64,000 bases of DNA from Chiloscyllium plagiosum (lineage: Eukaryota), in assembly GCF_004010195.1 (NCBI RefSeq), contig NC_057713.1:27163933-27227932 (forward strand), given 5' to 3'. Shown piece by piece: positions 1-11,134 of this stretch. The number at the start of each line of letters is the position of its first letter. The first letter of the stretch is position 1. Under the pieces are notes generated by a model. The model was given only the letters and a program-made list of their open reading frames with translations. It did not search any database and had not been told where the DNA came from. Both the position numbers and the translations under genes were made by a program.

Positions 1-575
1 TTGGTGTCAATGTGGACCACGACTTCGGGTTGCTCCCCCTCCCCCTCCCGGACCCCGAAACCACGATCAGAGACATCACGTACCCTTGCACCTGGGAGGG
101 AACGTACCAAACGTGAGTCTCTCTCGTTCCCACAAAACCGCCTATCTGTGCCACGAACTATCGAGTCCCCAATTACTACTGCTTTGCTCTTCTTCACCCT
201 TCCCTTCTGAGTAACGGGGACAGGCTCCGTGCCAGAGACCTGAGGCCCGTTACTTACCCCTGGTAAGTCATCCCCTCCACAAGTATCCAAAACGGTATAC
301 TTGTTCTTGAGGGGGACGGCCGCAGGGGGTCCCTGCACTGGTTGCTTCCTCCCAGTCCCCCTCACTGTCACCCATCTATCTTTCATCTTTGGAGTTACTA
401 CTTCCCTATAACTCTGATCTATGACCCCCTCTGCCTCCCGAATGATCCTAAGTTCATCCAACTCCAGCTCCAGTTCCCTAACACGGTCTTGGAGGAGCTG
501 GAGATGGGTGCACTTCCTGCAAGTGTAATCAGCAGGGACGTCCATGGCATCCCTCACCTCAAACATGTTGCACAA
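1..575 (-). mobile_element. CR1 LINE ORF1 fragment (zinc finger/leucine zipper followed by SGNH esterase), runs off the window start
   Basis: Minus-strand translation gives CNMFEVRDAMDVPADYTCRKCTHLQLLQDRVRELELELDELRII and then VIGDSIVRGTDRRFCG...LPGARV...PEVVVHIDT. This parallels the ORF1 at 46631-47772. Confidence 0.88.
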
Positions 576-1799
576 CTTAGGATTTTGTTGTGCAGGCACG
601 TGGAATATGTATGAGAAATACCAAGTGAAAACTCGACTTGAAGGATAAAACATGGCCAAAATTTATTCAGGACAAGGAACTGAATAGCAGGTTGGAATAT
701 GAAGCACCGATAGGAGATCCAATGGAATTGAAGGGGTAGACCTGAAAATTGAGGATGAAATCACTTTAATGATACAAGTGGATACAAGGAAATATTAACA
801 GGCAATGAAGGTAGGAGTCTAAGTAGAGTCAACTTGCAGGAATCCACATCAAGTACAATGAGTCCACAGCATAAGAGACAAGACCAGGCAATTTAGCCCT
901 GCAAGCCTATTTTGCCATTCAATAGGATCATAACTGATCTGATGATGGGCTCAAGTCAACTGTCCTTCGTGCCCTTGCAGACTAAAGATCTAACTCAGTT
1001 TGAATATGAAGAGTGACTCAGCCTCGATTGCCTTTGCAAAGAGAAAATTCTAAAGATTAATGAATGTTTGAGAGGAAAATGAATTGTCATTATAATAAAG
1101 GAGACCTTTAATCTGCAAATGTGACCAATAGATGAAGATTCCCCTGTGCAGGGAGACATCCTCTCAGCATACACCTGTCAAGCCTGATCAGAATCTTAAG
1201 GACCAGATTTTACAAAGAATAGACAGTCAATATTCCAGCACAGGTGGGCGTTGCACATCAGGACTTGTGGAATCTCCAGTGTAACAAATTCCAAAGGAAT
1301 TTGCCTTGAAAATTGAAGATTCCAAAGGCAGAGCTCTTCCATTACATATGAAGAATTAGTGGAGTGACAAATTGCATATGATTGCCATTCTTCAGAAGAT
1401 TCAGTCTATGGTTCAATAGGCTCACCTCCTATAGTTATAAACTCCCTCGAGTATAGACCCAAACTACTCAACCTTATCTCATATATCACAAGAATCAACA
1501 CAGTGAGTCTTCTCTGAATTATATCCAATGCAAGGCTATCTTTCTTTAAATAAGGTGACCAAGTAATACACAGTATTCTAGGTATTGTCACACCAACACA
1601 TTTGTAAGAAGACTTCCCTGTTTTTGGATACCATCACCATTGCAGTAAAGATCAATGCTCCATTTGACTTGACAATTACACTTGCTCTGTGTCAGGCTAA
1701 CATTGTGATGCATGTACAAAGACACCCAAATGTCTTTCCACCATGGTATTCAGCTGTCTACCATCATTAACATAATATTTTGTTTCTCTAGTTTTCCTA

Positions 1800-2915
1800 C
1801 CAGGGTTGCATTTTGGCACAATTGAGCTATATTTGGCAAATGTTTTGCTGCGGGAGAAGGCGCCATATGTATCCTTATTGTCAAAGATGGCAGGAGCCCA
1901 GCTTATCATTGCAAAAGATATTGCTGAAGCATTCACAACAACCTTCAACCAGAAGTGCTGATCAGCTGATATATCTTGGCCTCCTCCAGAAATTGCATGA
2001 ATCACAGATACTAGTCTTCCTCCATTAGATTCACTCTATGTGATATCAAGAAACAGTTGGAGGTACTGAATACTGCAAAGGCAATGAACCCAGACAATAT
2101 TCCAGCAATAGTACCAGAGACTTGTACTTCAGAACTAGCTGTAACACTAGCCAAGCTATTCCAGTACAGCAACAACATTGGCATCAACCCAACAATATTA
2201 AAACATTGTCCAGGTATGTCCTGTGCACAAAAAGCAGAACTGATCCATTTGGTCAGTTACTGCCCCATCAGTTCATCTTGATCATCTGAAGTGAAGTGAA
2301 GTGATGGAATGTGTAATCAAGCACCACCTTCTTAGCTATAACCTATTCAGTGTTGCCCAGTTTGAGTTCCACCAGGGCCACTCAGCTCCTGATCTCATTA
2401 CAGCTTTGGTCCAAAATATGGACAAAAGAGCTGAATTCTAGAGATGATTCTGGCTGCCCTTGACATCAAGGCCACATTTGACTATTTGTGGCATCAAGGG
2501 GGGCTAGCAATTCTGAAGTTAATGGGAACCAAGGGGAAAACTCTCCACAAGTTGGAAACAACCTTGCACTAAGAAAGATGACCTTGGTTGTTGGTCAGTC
2601 ATCTCAGCTCGAGGATATCTCTATAGGAGTTCCTCAGGGTAGTTTCCTAGACCCAACCATCTTCAACTGCTGCATCAATGGCCTCCCATCACAAGGTCAG
2701 AAGTGAGGATGGTAACTAATGATTTCACAATATTCAACAGCATTCCTGACTCTTCAGACACTGAAGTTCATGTTCAAGTGCAGCAAGATATGGACAATAT
2801 CCAGGCTTGAGCTGAAAAGTGGCAATTCCCCACTTGCCTGGATGAGAACAGCTCCAAGGACACTCTAGAAACTTGACACTATTTAGGACAAAGCAGCCAC
2901 TTGATTGGCACATAT
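1800..2915 (+). mobile_element. Old CR1/L2-group LINE ORF2 (RT) fragments
   Basis: Broken frames include KAMNPDNIPAIV..ELAVTLAKLFQ and GVPQGSFLDPTIFNCCINGLP. The 3' part resembles the fragment at 49440-49990. Confidence 0.75.
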
Positions 2916-3033
2916 CAGGCAGGAAATAAACCAATTCAGACCATGACGTCTCCATCACAAGGCAGGTGGGATTATTTTAGAATAGACACCGCATCCGTGT
3001 TGACCTTTCCCTGAATCTAATTCAGTCAGCTCT

Positions 3034-3452
3034 TATGCTAAATATGAATATATAACTATGAATTAATACATGTTGGGATGTTATGAAAGTGTAAGGTCTA
3101 GGTCGCATGCTTGAGTCAGTCTTGCGTGACTGCAGCCTGTCAGGTGACAAAAGGTGAAGAAAGGTGACCACGGTACAAGATGAAGGTCTGCAGCAATCCA
3201 GAAGACAATTGTGGCAGAGTCTGATTGGTTAAGGGGATATAACGTAGGCTTAGTGTGATTGGTTATGCTAATGTAATGGGGATAGGGTGTGGCTTTTAGA
3301 ACAATATAACTTTAGCGTACTCTTGCTGTTCGGGGGTTTTTCAGGGTTGACTGCTCTGATGGCCACAGCTTTTGTTTACAAATAAAGGCTTGTCATCTTG
3401 AGGAATTCTCTGCACCTCCTGATCATTCCTAAAAGTGCCATCAACCACAATG
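3034..3452 (+). repeat. ERV 5' LTR
   Basis: Direct repeat of 13638-14331 once the SINE is removed. Contains CCAAT-type ATTGG boxes, TATAA-like motifs and AATAAA near 3380. Confidence 0.9.
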
Positions 3453-3457
3453 GAAAT

Positions 3458-3475
3458 TGGTGTTGTGAACAGGGT
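3458..3475 (+). promoter_or_regulatory. Degenerate primer-binding site, possibly tRNA-His
   Basis: TGGTGTTGTGAACAGGGT lies a few nt after the LTR end and matches about 12 of 18 positions of the tRNA-His PBS as I recall it (TGGTGCCGTGACTCGGAT). Confidence 0.45.
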
Positions 3476-3801
3476 TGGAAAGAGACCTGCACAAAGGAGA
3501 TGGCAGGACGGGTGCACATCCTGGTCCGCTGGGGACTCTCCCGAGCCTGACAGAATAAGGGCTGGCCACCCACAAAGAAAGATAAGCTTTTTTCTGATAA
3601 TTCAGATTGAATTCTGTTGAGTGATGGAGGTCCTCAGCGATGCAGAAGTGCAGAAAAGCTGCTGGAAGGTCTCTCCAATCCAAAGAACCAGAGAGTTCAG
3701 TAACAAATTGAAATTTGAGGTGACTCAGAGGATTGGTCAAGATAACTGCACAATGGGTGAGTGAGAATAGAAAGTATAAATTGTCTGATATAAAATTTCA
3801 C

Positions 3802-4385
3802 ATGGTGTTAGAAGTCCCTGTGGTTACCGCCCCACCTGTCACAAGAGGCTGCATGGGCAGGGCAGTGTGGTGTTAGTAAATCCCTGTGGTTACCGCCTCA
3901 CCAGTCATGAGGGCCTGCTCAGACAGGGCAGCGTGGTATTAGTAAGTCCATATGGTTACCAACTCATTGGTCTTTGGGCTTGCACGGCAGGGCAGTGTGG
4001 TATTGGTAAATCGCTGTGGTTACTGTCTTGCCAGTCGCGAGGACTTGTTCAGACAGGGCAGTGTGGTGTTAGTTAGTCACTGTGGTTACCGCCTTGCCAG
4101 TCATGAGGGTCTGCTTGATCAGGGCAGTATAGTGTTAATAGGTCCCTGCGGTTAGTGCCTCGCCATTCATGAGGTCCTGCTCGGACAGGGTAGTGTAGTG
4201 TTAGTAAGTTCCTGTAGTTACCGCTTTGTTGGTCATGAAGGCCTGCATGGGCAGGGCAGTGTGGTGTTAGTAAGTTGCTGTGGTTACCGCCTCACAGGTC
4301 ATGAGGGCCTGCTTGGACAGGGAAATGTAGTGTTATTAAGTCCCTGTGGTTACCACCTCGTCAGTCACAAGGCTCTACACTAGCA
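3802..4385 (+). repeat. Tandem array of about 9 copies of a 66-bp unit in the ERV leader
   Basis: CAGGGCAGTGTGGTGTTAGTAAGTCCCTGTGGTTACCGCC-like units start at about 3858, 3924, 3988, 4054, 4120, 4186, 4252 and 4318, with a partial unit before these. Confidence 0.95.
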
Positions 4386-5000
4386 GGTCTCTGTGTGTGT
4401 GTTTGTGAGAGAAAGAGAGAGTTTGGCTCAGAGCTGAGTTCCCAGCTGCTNNNNNNNNNNNNNNNNNNNNNNNNNNNNNNNNNNNNNNNNNNNNNNNNNN
4501 NNNNNNNNNNNNNNNNNNNNNNNNNNNNNNNNNNNNNNNNNNNNNNNNNNNNNNNNNNNNNNNNNNNNNNNNNNNNNNNNNNNNNNNNNNNNNNNNNNNN
4601 NNNNNAATCTGGTTTGAATGCACATATGCTTGTTGGTGATTGAATATTTGTGTCTTGTTCCCCGGAGTTCAAGACCTAGGAGTGTTTTGATTTTAACTTG
4701 CACTGTAGAAATTTAAGATAATTTCCGTTAAGGGTTTTTAAGGAATCATAAGTGATTAGTAAGTTCTGTGGATACTGACCTAGAACGGTATGGGTCCGTA
4801 CAGGCAGAACAACTGAGGGTAGATTATCTTATAAATTAGTTGAAACCCAGGAAGTTTAGGGACTGACAGATCGATAAGGGATGATTACAAGCTGTAGATT
4901 TAGGGAATGCTCATAATAATTGTTAAGGCACTACCGGACTTGTAAGGCAAAGGGGAGTGAACTGTGAGAACAGAGCAATAGATTAGCTGGACTGAAATAT

Positions 5001-6100
5001 ATGTCAGGATGAATAAAGGAACTGCAGTTGAAATACTGGGTAAAAACAAATTCCTGTATCAAAACACGACATCGTGAGGATCTCCGAGAAATGTGAGAAA
5101 AAAACTAAGAACTTATTAACTAAGTGGCCAAAATCAGGTAACTTTGATATAAATATGTGTTTTGAAATTGAAGGATTAATTAAAAATCACAAACCAAAAG
5201 ATGGTTCAAATGAGAGGAATTGGAAAAGGGAACAGGAGATAGAAACTTAAAAACGTTTCAGACAAGAGGGAGGGAAACTGATAAGAGCATAGCAGACATC
5301 TGTCTTGACAAGACAGGCTGCCAAAGAACAATAAAAGCAGTCTGTGAACACTGAAGGTCAGGCAGACAAGGCTCTTTTGCATTCTTACTTGCAGGAGCTA
5401 GATGAACCGCCACATTACTCAAACACAGAAAACACAAAGCAGTGTCCTTTGATAAAGGGAACAGTGGAAATAAAAGGAGAACTTGCATGGGTTAAGGACA
5501 ATGCCAAGAAAGATAAACTGAAACAGAGAAAGGAGGACAGAAAGAGGTTAATCAAGGAAAGGCAGCATGAGGAAGAATTGTAATGGGACGCAGTGGAGAA
5601 AACTAAAACACAAAGGGAGAAATTGGAGGAGGAACTCAAGTTACTGCGGACAGTATGGGAATAGAAACAGTGCGAGGACTTTCTAAACAATAAACAGAGT
5701 ATTGATTGGGGTCAGAGGGAACATGACCCTTTGAAGGGGCAAAAGGTTTTAGAACAACGTGATCAGAGGAGGGTCCGAAGGGAGCCAGCAGAGGACAGAT
5801 GGGATGAGTTGGAATTAGAATCAGGGTCAGGATCTGAAAGGGACTCCCTGGATGGGTATGCTTGAAGGGATGAAGAGCCCCCACATGCAAAACAAATGAC
5901 ACCTTTGCTCATAAAAGGGAGGGAACAGTCAAAGTATGTTCCCTGGGGGAGTCGGGATCTGGAGGCGCTGAGAAATTCAATGCCCAGTTTACATAACGGT
6001 GCAGGGTTGTTGACAAGAGCCTTTGAAGATGAAACTACAGGAAGATTGTTGGCCATGGGACATTTGAAGGCACTGTTGTTATAGATGACGGGGCTCCCAA
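5001..6100 (+). pseudogene. gag: ERV gag, N-terminal part (matrix to start of capsid), disrupted and truncated
   Basis: Matrix-like KWPKSGNFD at ~5122, a charged coiled region, and capsid-start-like PLLIKGREQSKYVPWGSRDLEALRNSMPSLHNGAG...LLAMGHLKALL (ORF 5896-6084). Stops and frameshifts are present. Confidence 0.8.
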
Positions 6101-8589
6101 GGTGAGGTCACAGACTAATGTAGAGGCTCAAACAACTTGCCATGAAAATATTGTTAGAATTGCAAATGGAATGGTATTGAGAGGTATTTAGATTTTTGCA
6201 CACTTGGTTAAGCAGCTATGTGTCACAGCCAAGATTTATGAGGCTAAACTCCCTAACTTTGCCTGTTCTAGAATGTGAGTGCTTCATTACAAGCAAGGAT
6301 TAAACAAAAGCTACAAACTGAGATAGAAAGAAAGTTGGACAATGTGCATGTGTGTGTGCGAGAGAGAGTGAGAGAGAAAGAGAGAGAGAATAACTGAAAA
6401 TTATGTAAAAAAAAAGGTTATATTAATGAAATATTAACCCACCCATTCTTCTTACAGACCATGACCGCTCAATTTCTAAATAGTCACATATTACGTTTAC
6501 ATGAGAGCCAATCTTAATTAAATTTGAATCAGTTTAATATGGAAGAAGACAACATTACAATTTGACACCTGCCCTCAAATCCCCCATAATTTCATGCCAA
6601 AGACTAATCAAAGATTTGACTAAAGGACATAAAAGCAGTAGCACTATAAATCCTGGCCTTCGTAGGTGTCTGCTCAATTTTTAAAATAATAATCTCAACC
6701 TAACATTGAGGAAAATCACCTCAGACTTTAACATTTGCTCATTGAGTGGAGGAATTCCATGAACTTTATAGAATTTAGCTAAAAAATTTGGAAAGATAGA
6801 TCCAAACGATCTCAAATAACAATACTGTTTTCAGAAATACTAGCAGAATGTTTTTTTGTTGTTTCTGACTCATTTGTTTCCACTTAAGACTGCTTCATCT
6901 CATTGGTGATTATGGAGTGCCAGTTGTAGCAGTATTCTATATGAGTTTCCCTCCCTCACTGAGAATTGAAGTTTTGGTTGAACATTATATTGTGAAAAAT
7001 CATGTAACAAATCTTAATATCCTATCGTTAATATCTGTGTTGTTACATCTGGTCATTATTTGTGCATTAGAAGTATTTTGTTACCATGTGAGTAGAAAAG
7101 ACCTTTTAATGCAGCTGCAGTCATTTCACAGCCTTTAACATTGTAAATGAGGAATGACAGGTCAGAACTGCTTAAGGTACCTAATCTGGGATTTAAATTA
7201 AGAGACTAGAACCAGGTAATTATAATAGTTTTCAGAGTTGGAAACTGTGTACATTTTACATTTTATGATTGATTTTTGAATAAATGAATTTCCAGTTTAT
7301 ATTGATAACTTTTAAAATTTCTTAGCCATTTGTTCAGTTTCTACCTCTGAATTAATTACATTAGTTTTTTTAAATAACAAATTGTATTAGCCCTGATTCA
7401 CAAAATCAGAAATATTTGGCTTGGTTTGATTACTTTACACATTGTCAGTGACCTGTGTCATTGCCTCATGGTTAATTTGAAGAATGGCTGTACTAATTCA
7501 TTGCTAATTAAAGAATGGAAAGATACCTTACTGGCCAGTTGAAGGAATTCTGCATGTGACTGGGGATAAGGTATGTACAGCAGATGGAACTCCCAAAAGC
7601 TGGGAGAAGTTAAAAGTGAACAGTGAATCGGTCGATGTAAAACAAAGGGAACAGGAGAAACTGCATAAGGCCACTAAGGCTGAGGAATATATAAAAAAAG
7701 GTTAAAGCAATAACGTTATAAAAAACAACTTACATTTTACTTGGAATCCCAAGCCTATGTCTGACATACCGAACTTTTTTGAGGATGGGGATGGCACTGA
7801 CAGAGATGAGGGATGGGGATTTTATTCCAGGATACCCACTAAGCCCCTAACATCTCCTGATTTTCCCAGCACCACCGATCCCCCCTCCCCCACCCTCCCC
7901 ATTACAAATCTTACCTTATTTTGAAAATGAAGCGACCAGTCTTCATACCTGATATCATGGGGATTAACAACCTGCGTCATCCTAAACCAGGGGTTATCCC
8001 AGGAATCAGAGTAATGTTAATGAAGCACGCCCCGGACTGCAAGAAGAAACCGGCCCAACTTGCTCGATATGTCCAAAGAATGATACAGATGTAAATGCAG
8101 CAAAGTTCTGGGAGTGGCCTGAATACGAATGGCTTGTGTATAAGACCGAAATAAGTGGCCATTTCTCTTACGGAAGTGGTATACAGCCCATAATTGAAAA
8201 ATAATTGAGAAGCTGACTCACCATTGTTTAACCCTATGCTTTTGCTATGAATTCTTTCTGGTATCGCCAACATGATCCGGACAAACAATATGAACGGGTA
8301 CAGGATTTTCCAGTCGCAAATGAGGTGAGCGGTGGTTTTCAATTGGAATGGCAAGAACCGGAGTGAACCATGATGCAATTTACAGGTAAAACCAAATATG
8401 TCCAGCGCCCTCGCGACCCCAAAAACCATGTTCCAGCCCTCACAGGGTTGATTGGGTCCAAGATTCACACTGGGGATGGAACCTACCTCAAATGTCTACC
8501 CAGCGACTATTGCTGAGCAACCATTTCCTGAGGGGACCCTGATAGTGGGGACAGGCAGGCCCCAGTAGGACTGGGAACTAGACAGCGGA

Positions 8590-8835
8590 TTATATCCTGT
8601 CACAATGCGAGGTATACACTCAGAATAATGTTAGAAAGAGAATATCAACCCCTATAGGTCACATATCAGTGCCCAAAGGATCATTAAACATTTGGTGATT
8701 GACAAGGTGTACATGATCAGGACGGTGAGAGGGAAAAGGTGTATGTTGGTGGTGATTGATAGATTCAGTAGATGGGTGGACACAACACCCCGAAGACTCA
8801 GGAACTGGAACGGTTGTGAAATTTTTAACAAATGA
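8590..8835 (+). pseudogene. pol: ERV integrase fragment
   Basis: PIGHISVPKG, then a frameshift, then KHLVIDKVYMIRTVRGKRCMLVVIDRFSRWV, the first catalytic-Asp region of a retroviral integrase core. Confidence 0.85.
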
Positions 8836-8839
8836 ACAG

Positions 8840-9912
8840 AGGTCAATGTGATAGGCAATATCCCAATGTGATTACGCCTTGCAGAAGCAAGCGCTGCCTC
8901 GTAAACAACCCATGCTACCTCAACTGTATTAGCAATATGCCTTATTGAGGCATCTCCTCAATACAATCAAAGTGAACTCATCCGAAAGGTATTCCTTGGT
9001 CTACCATCAAAAACAACCATATAATTCCAATATAGGCCCTTGTCCTCCATCACCTTTTGGGCTTTGAGTGTTTCACGCAGCGTGGTGACGTCCTAGTTGG
9101 CCACTTTGTGGGAAAGTGCACCCAGACATGAGATGTCATACCCGACGTAATGCCAGTTTCAGGTGGCCCACCTCCAGATCGTGCATTGGATGCCCAGCTT
9201 ATCCAGTTAGCAGACACTTGGTGGTTGTGTGGTAAGGAAAGGGGATTGAGTTCAAACATTTCTCCTGGAATGGGAAGGCACCTGTACCCGAGTGATGCTA
9301 CTACAGAAAATTGTTATCTTCCCAAAAGCTCAGTTAGACATGCCATTTCAATGGATACTGCTTCGGCATAGGAGAGATTATGTCCTGACCCGGCAATCCG
9401 CATTGACAATATAGGGCTGTCATCGGAGCATCCTTCATGAACTCAAAGTCAGAAGCAAGATTGCTGTGAGCTGGGAAGCACTTATGCCAGCCATTGGTGT
9501 TAGCAAAAATGCTGCATGGATTAATTGCATTTACTATAATCAGCAGAGATTTATTAATTACACCGATGATGCCCTGTCAGCATTAGGTGAGTAGTTGGAT
9601 GCAACCAACAAAATGGCATGACAAAATAGGCAGTCGTTGGACTGGCTGTTAGCTGAGAAAGGCAGAACATTGCTATACCTTCATACCCAATGATACTAGC
9701 CTGGAGGGATCATTTACTAAAGGGATGGATAAGCTGAAGAATCTGAGGAAAGAGCTTAAGGAAAATACAGGGTCAGGCTCCCTCAGTTTTTTGACTGGTT
9801 GGATTGGGGAAGTGGGAGGCTTTGGTTTGTCAAGATTGGAATTGTTGTTGCTATTGTGTTATTTGTCCTTGCTATTGTGCTATGCTGTACTTTACATCTC
9901 ATTAAGTCTCTT
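8840..9912 (+). pseudogene. env: ERV env remnant with gamma-type TM; C-terminus resumes at ~13279 after a CR1 insertion
   Basis: ADTWWLCG; WINCIYYNQQRFINYTDDAL; immunosuppressive-domain motif QNRQSLDWLLAEKG at 9622-9663; CYTFIPNDT; membrane anchor IGIVVAIVLFVLAIVLCC. Confidence 0.92.
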
Positions 9913-10910
9913 AGAGTCAAAGAGATGTACAGCATGGAGACAGACTCTTCAGTCCAATCCATCCATGCCGACCAGATATCCCAACCCAATCTAGTCCCAC
10001 CTGCCAGCACCCCACCCATATCCCTCCAAACCCTTCCTATTCATATACCCATCCAATTGCATTTTAAATGTTGCAATTGTACCAGCCTCCACCACTTCCT
10101 CTAGCAGTTCATCCCATACCCGTACCACCCTCTGTATAAAAAGGTTGCCCCTTAGGTCTCTTTTAAATCTTTCCACTCTCACCCTAAACTTATGCCCTCT
10201 AGTTCTAGACTCCCCACCCCAGGGAAAAAGCTAGGAAGGAGACCAGAATTGCACACAATATTCCAAAAGTAGCCTAACCAATGTCCTGTACAGCCGCAAT
10301 ATGACCTCCTAACTCATGTACTCAATACTCTGACCAATAAAGGAAAGCATACCAAACGCCTTCTTCACTATCCTTTCTACCTGCAACTCCACTTTCAAGG
10401 AACTATGAACCTGCACTCCAAGGTCTCTTTGTTCAGCAACACTCCCTAGAGCTTTACCATTAAGTGTATAAGTCACGCTAAGATTTGCTTTCCCAACATG
10501 CAGCACCTCGCATTTATCTGAATTCTGAATTAAACTCCATCTGCCACTTCTCAGCCCATTGGCCCATCTGGTCCAGATCCTGTTGTAATCTGAGGTAACC
10601 CTCTTCGCTGTCCACTACACCTCCAATTTTGGTGTCATCTGCAAACTTACTAACTGTACCTCTTATGCTTGCATCCAAATCACTTATGTAAATGACAAAA
10701 AGTAGAGGGCCCAGCACCGATCCTTGTGGCACTCCACTGGTCACAGGCCTCCAGTCTGAAAAACAACCCTCCACCACCACCCTCTGTCTTCTACCTTTGA
10801 GCCAGTTCTGTATCCAAATGGCGAGTTCTCCCTGTATTCCATGTGATCTAACCTTGCTAATTAGTCTCCCATTGGGAACCTTGTCGAATGCCTTACTGAA
10901 GTCTATATAG

Positions 10911-11134
10911 TCATGATTTGGAGATGCTGGTGTTGGACTGGGGTGTACAAAGTTAAAAATCACACAACACCAGGTTATAGTCCAACAGGTTTAATTGGAA
11001 GCACACTAGCTTTCAGAGCGATGCTCCTTCATCAGGTGATTGTCACCTGATGAAGGAGCATCGCTCCGAAAGCTAGTGTGCTTCCAATTAAACCTGTTGG
11101 ACTATAACCTGGTGTTGTGTGATTTTTAACTTTG
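10911..11134. mobile_element. Palindromic Penelope-derived insertion with a hammerhead motif on each strand
   Basis: Arms 10948-11039 and 11043-11134 are reverse complements with one mismatch and a TTG loop. Flanked by GAAGTCTATATAG and GAAGTCCATGTAG. Confidence 0.9.
11044..11078 (+). ncRNA. Minimal type I hammerhead ribozyme motif
   Basis: CAC-CTGATGA-A-GGAGC-atc-GCTCC-GAAA-G-CTA-GTG. The core is intact, stem II has 5 bp, stem III is the loopless palindrome AGCT and stem I is CAC/GTG. Confidence 0.8.

Noticed and set aside
3802-4385. CRISPR-like array
   Set aside because: Whole units repeat with no unique spacers, there are no cas genes, and the context is eukaryotic and retroviral.
7977-8468. 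163-aa minus-strand ORF as an antisense viral gene
   Set aside because: No recognisable motif, and it is plausibly a shadow of decayed plus-strand coding sequence.
10948-11134. Pre-miRNA or DNA-transposon MITE
   Set aside because: The hammerhead cores, asymmetric tail and long flanking duplication fit a Penelope-derived insert better.
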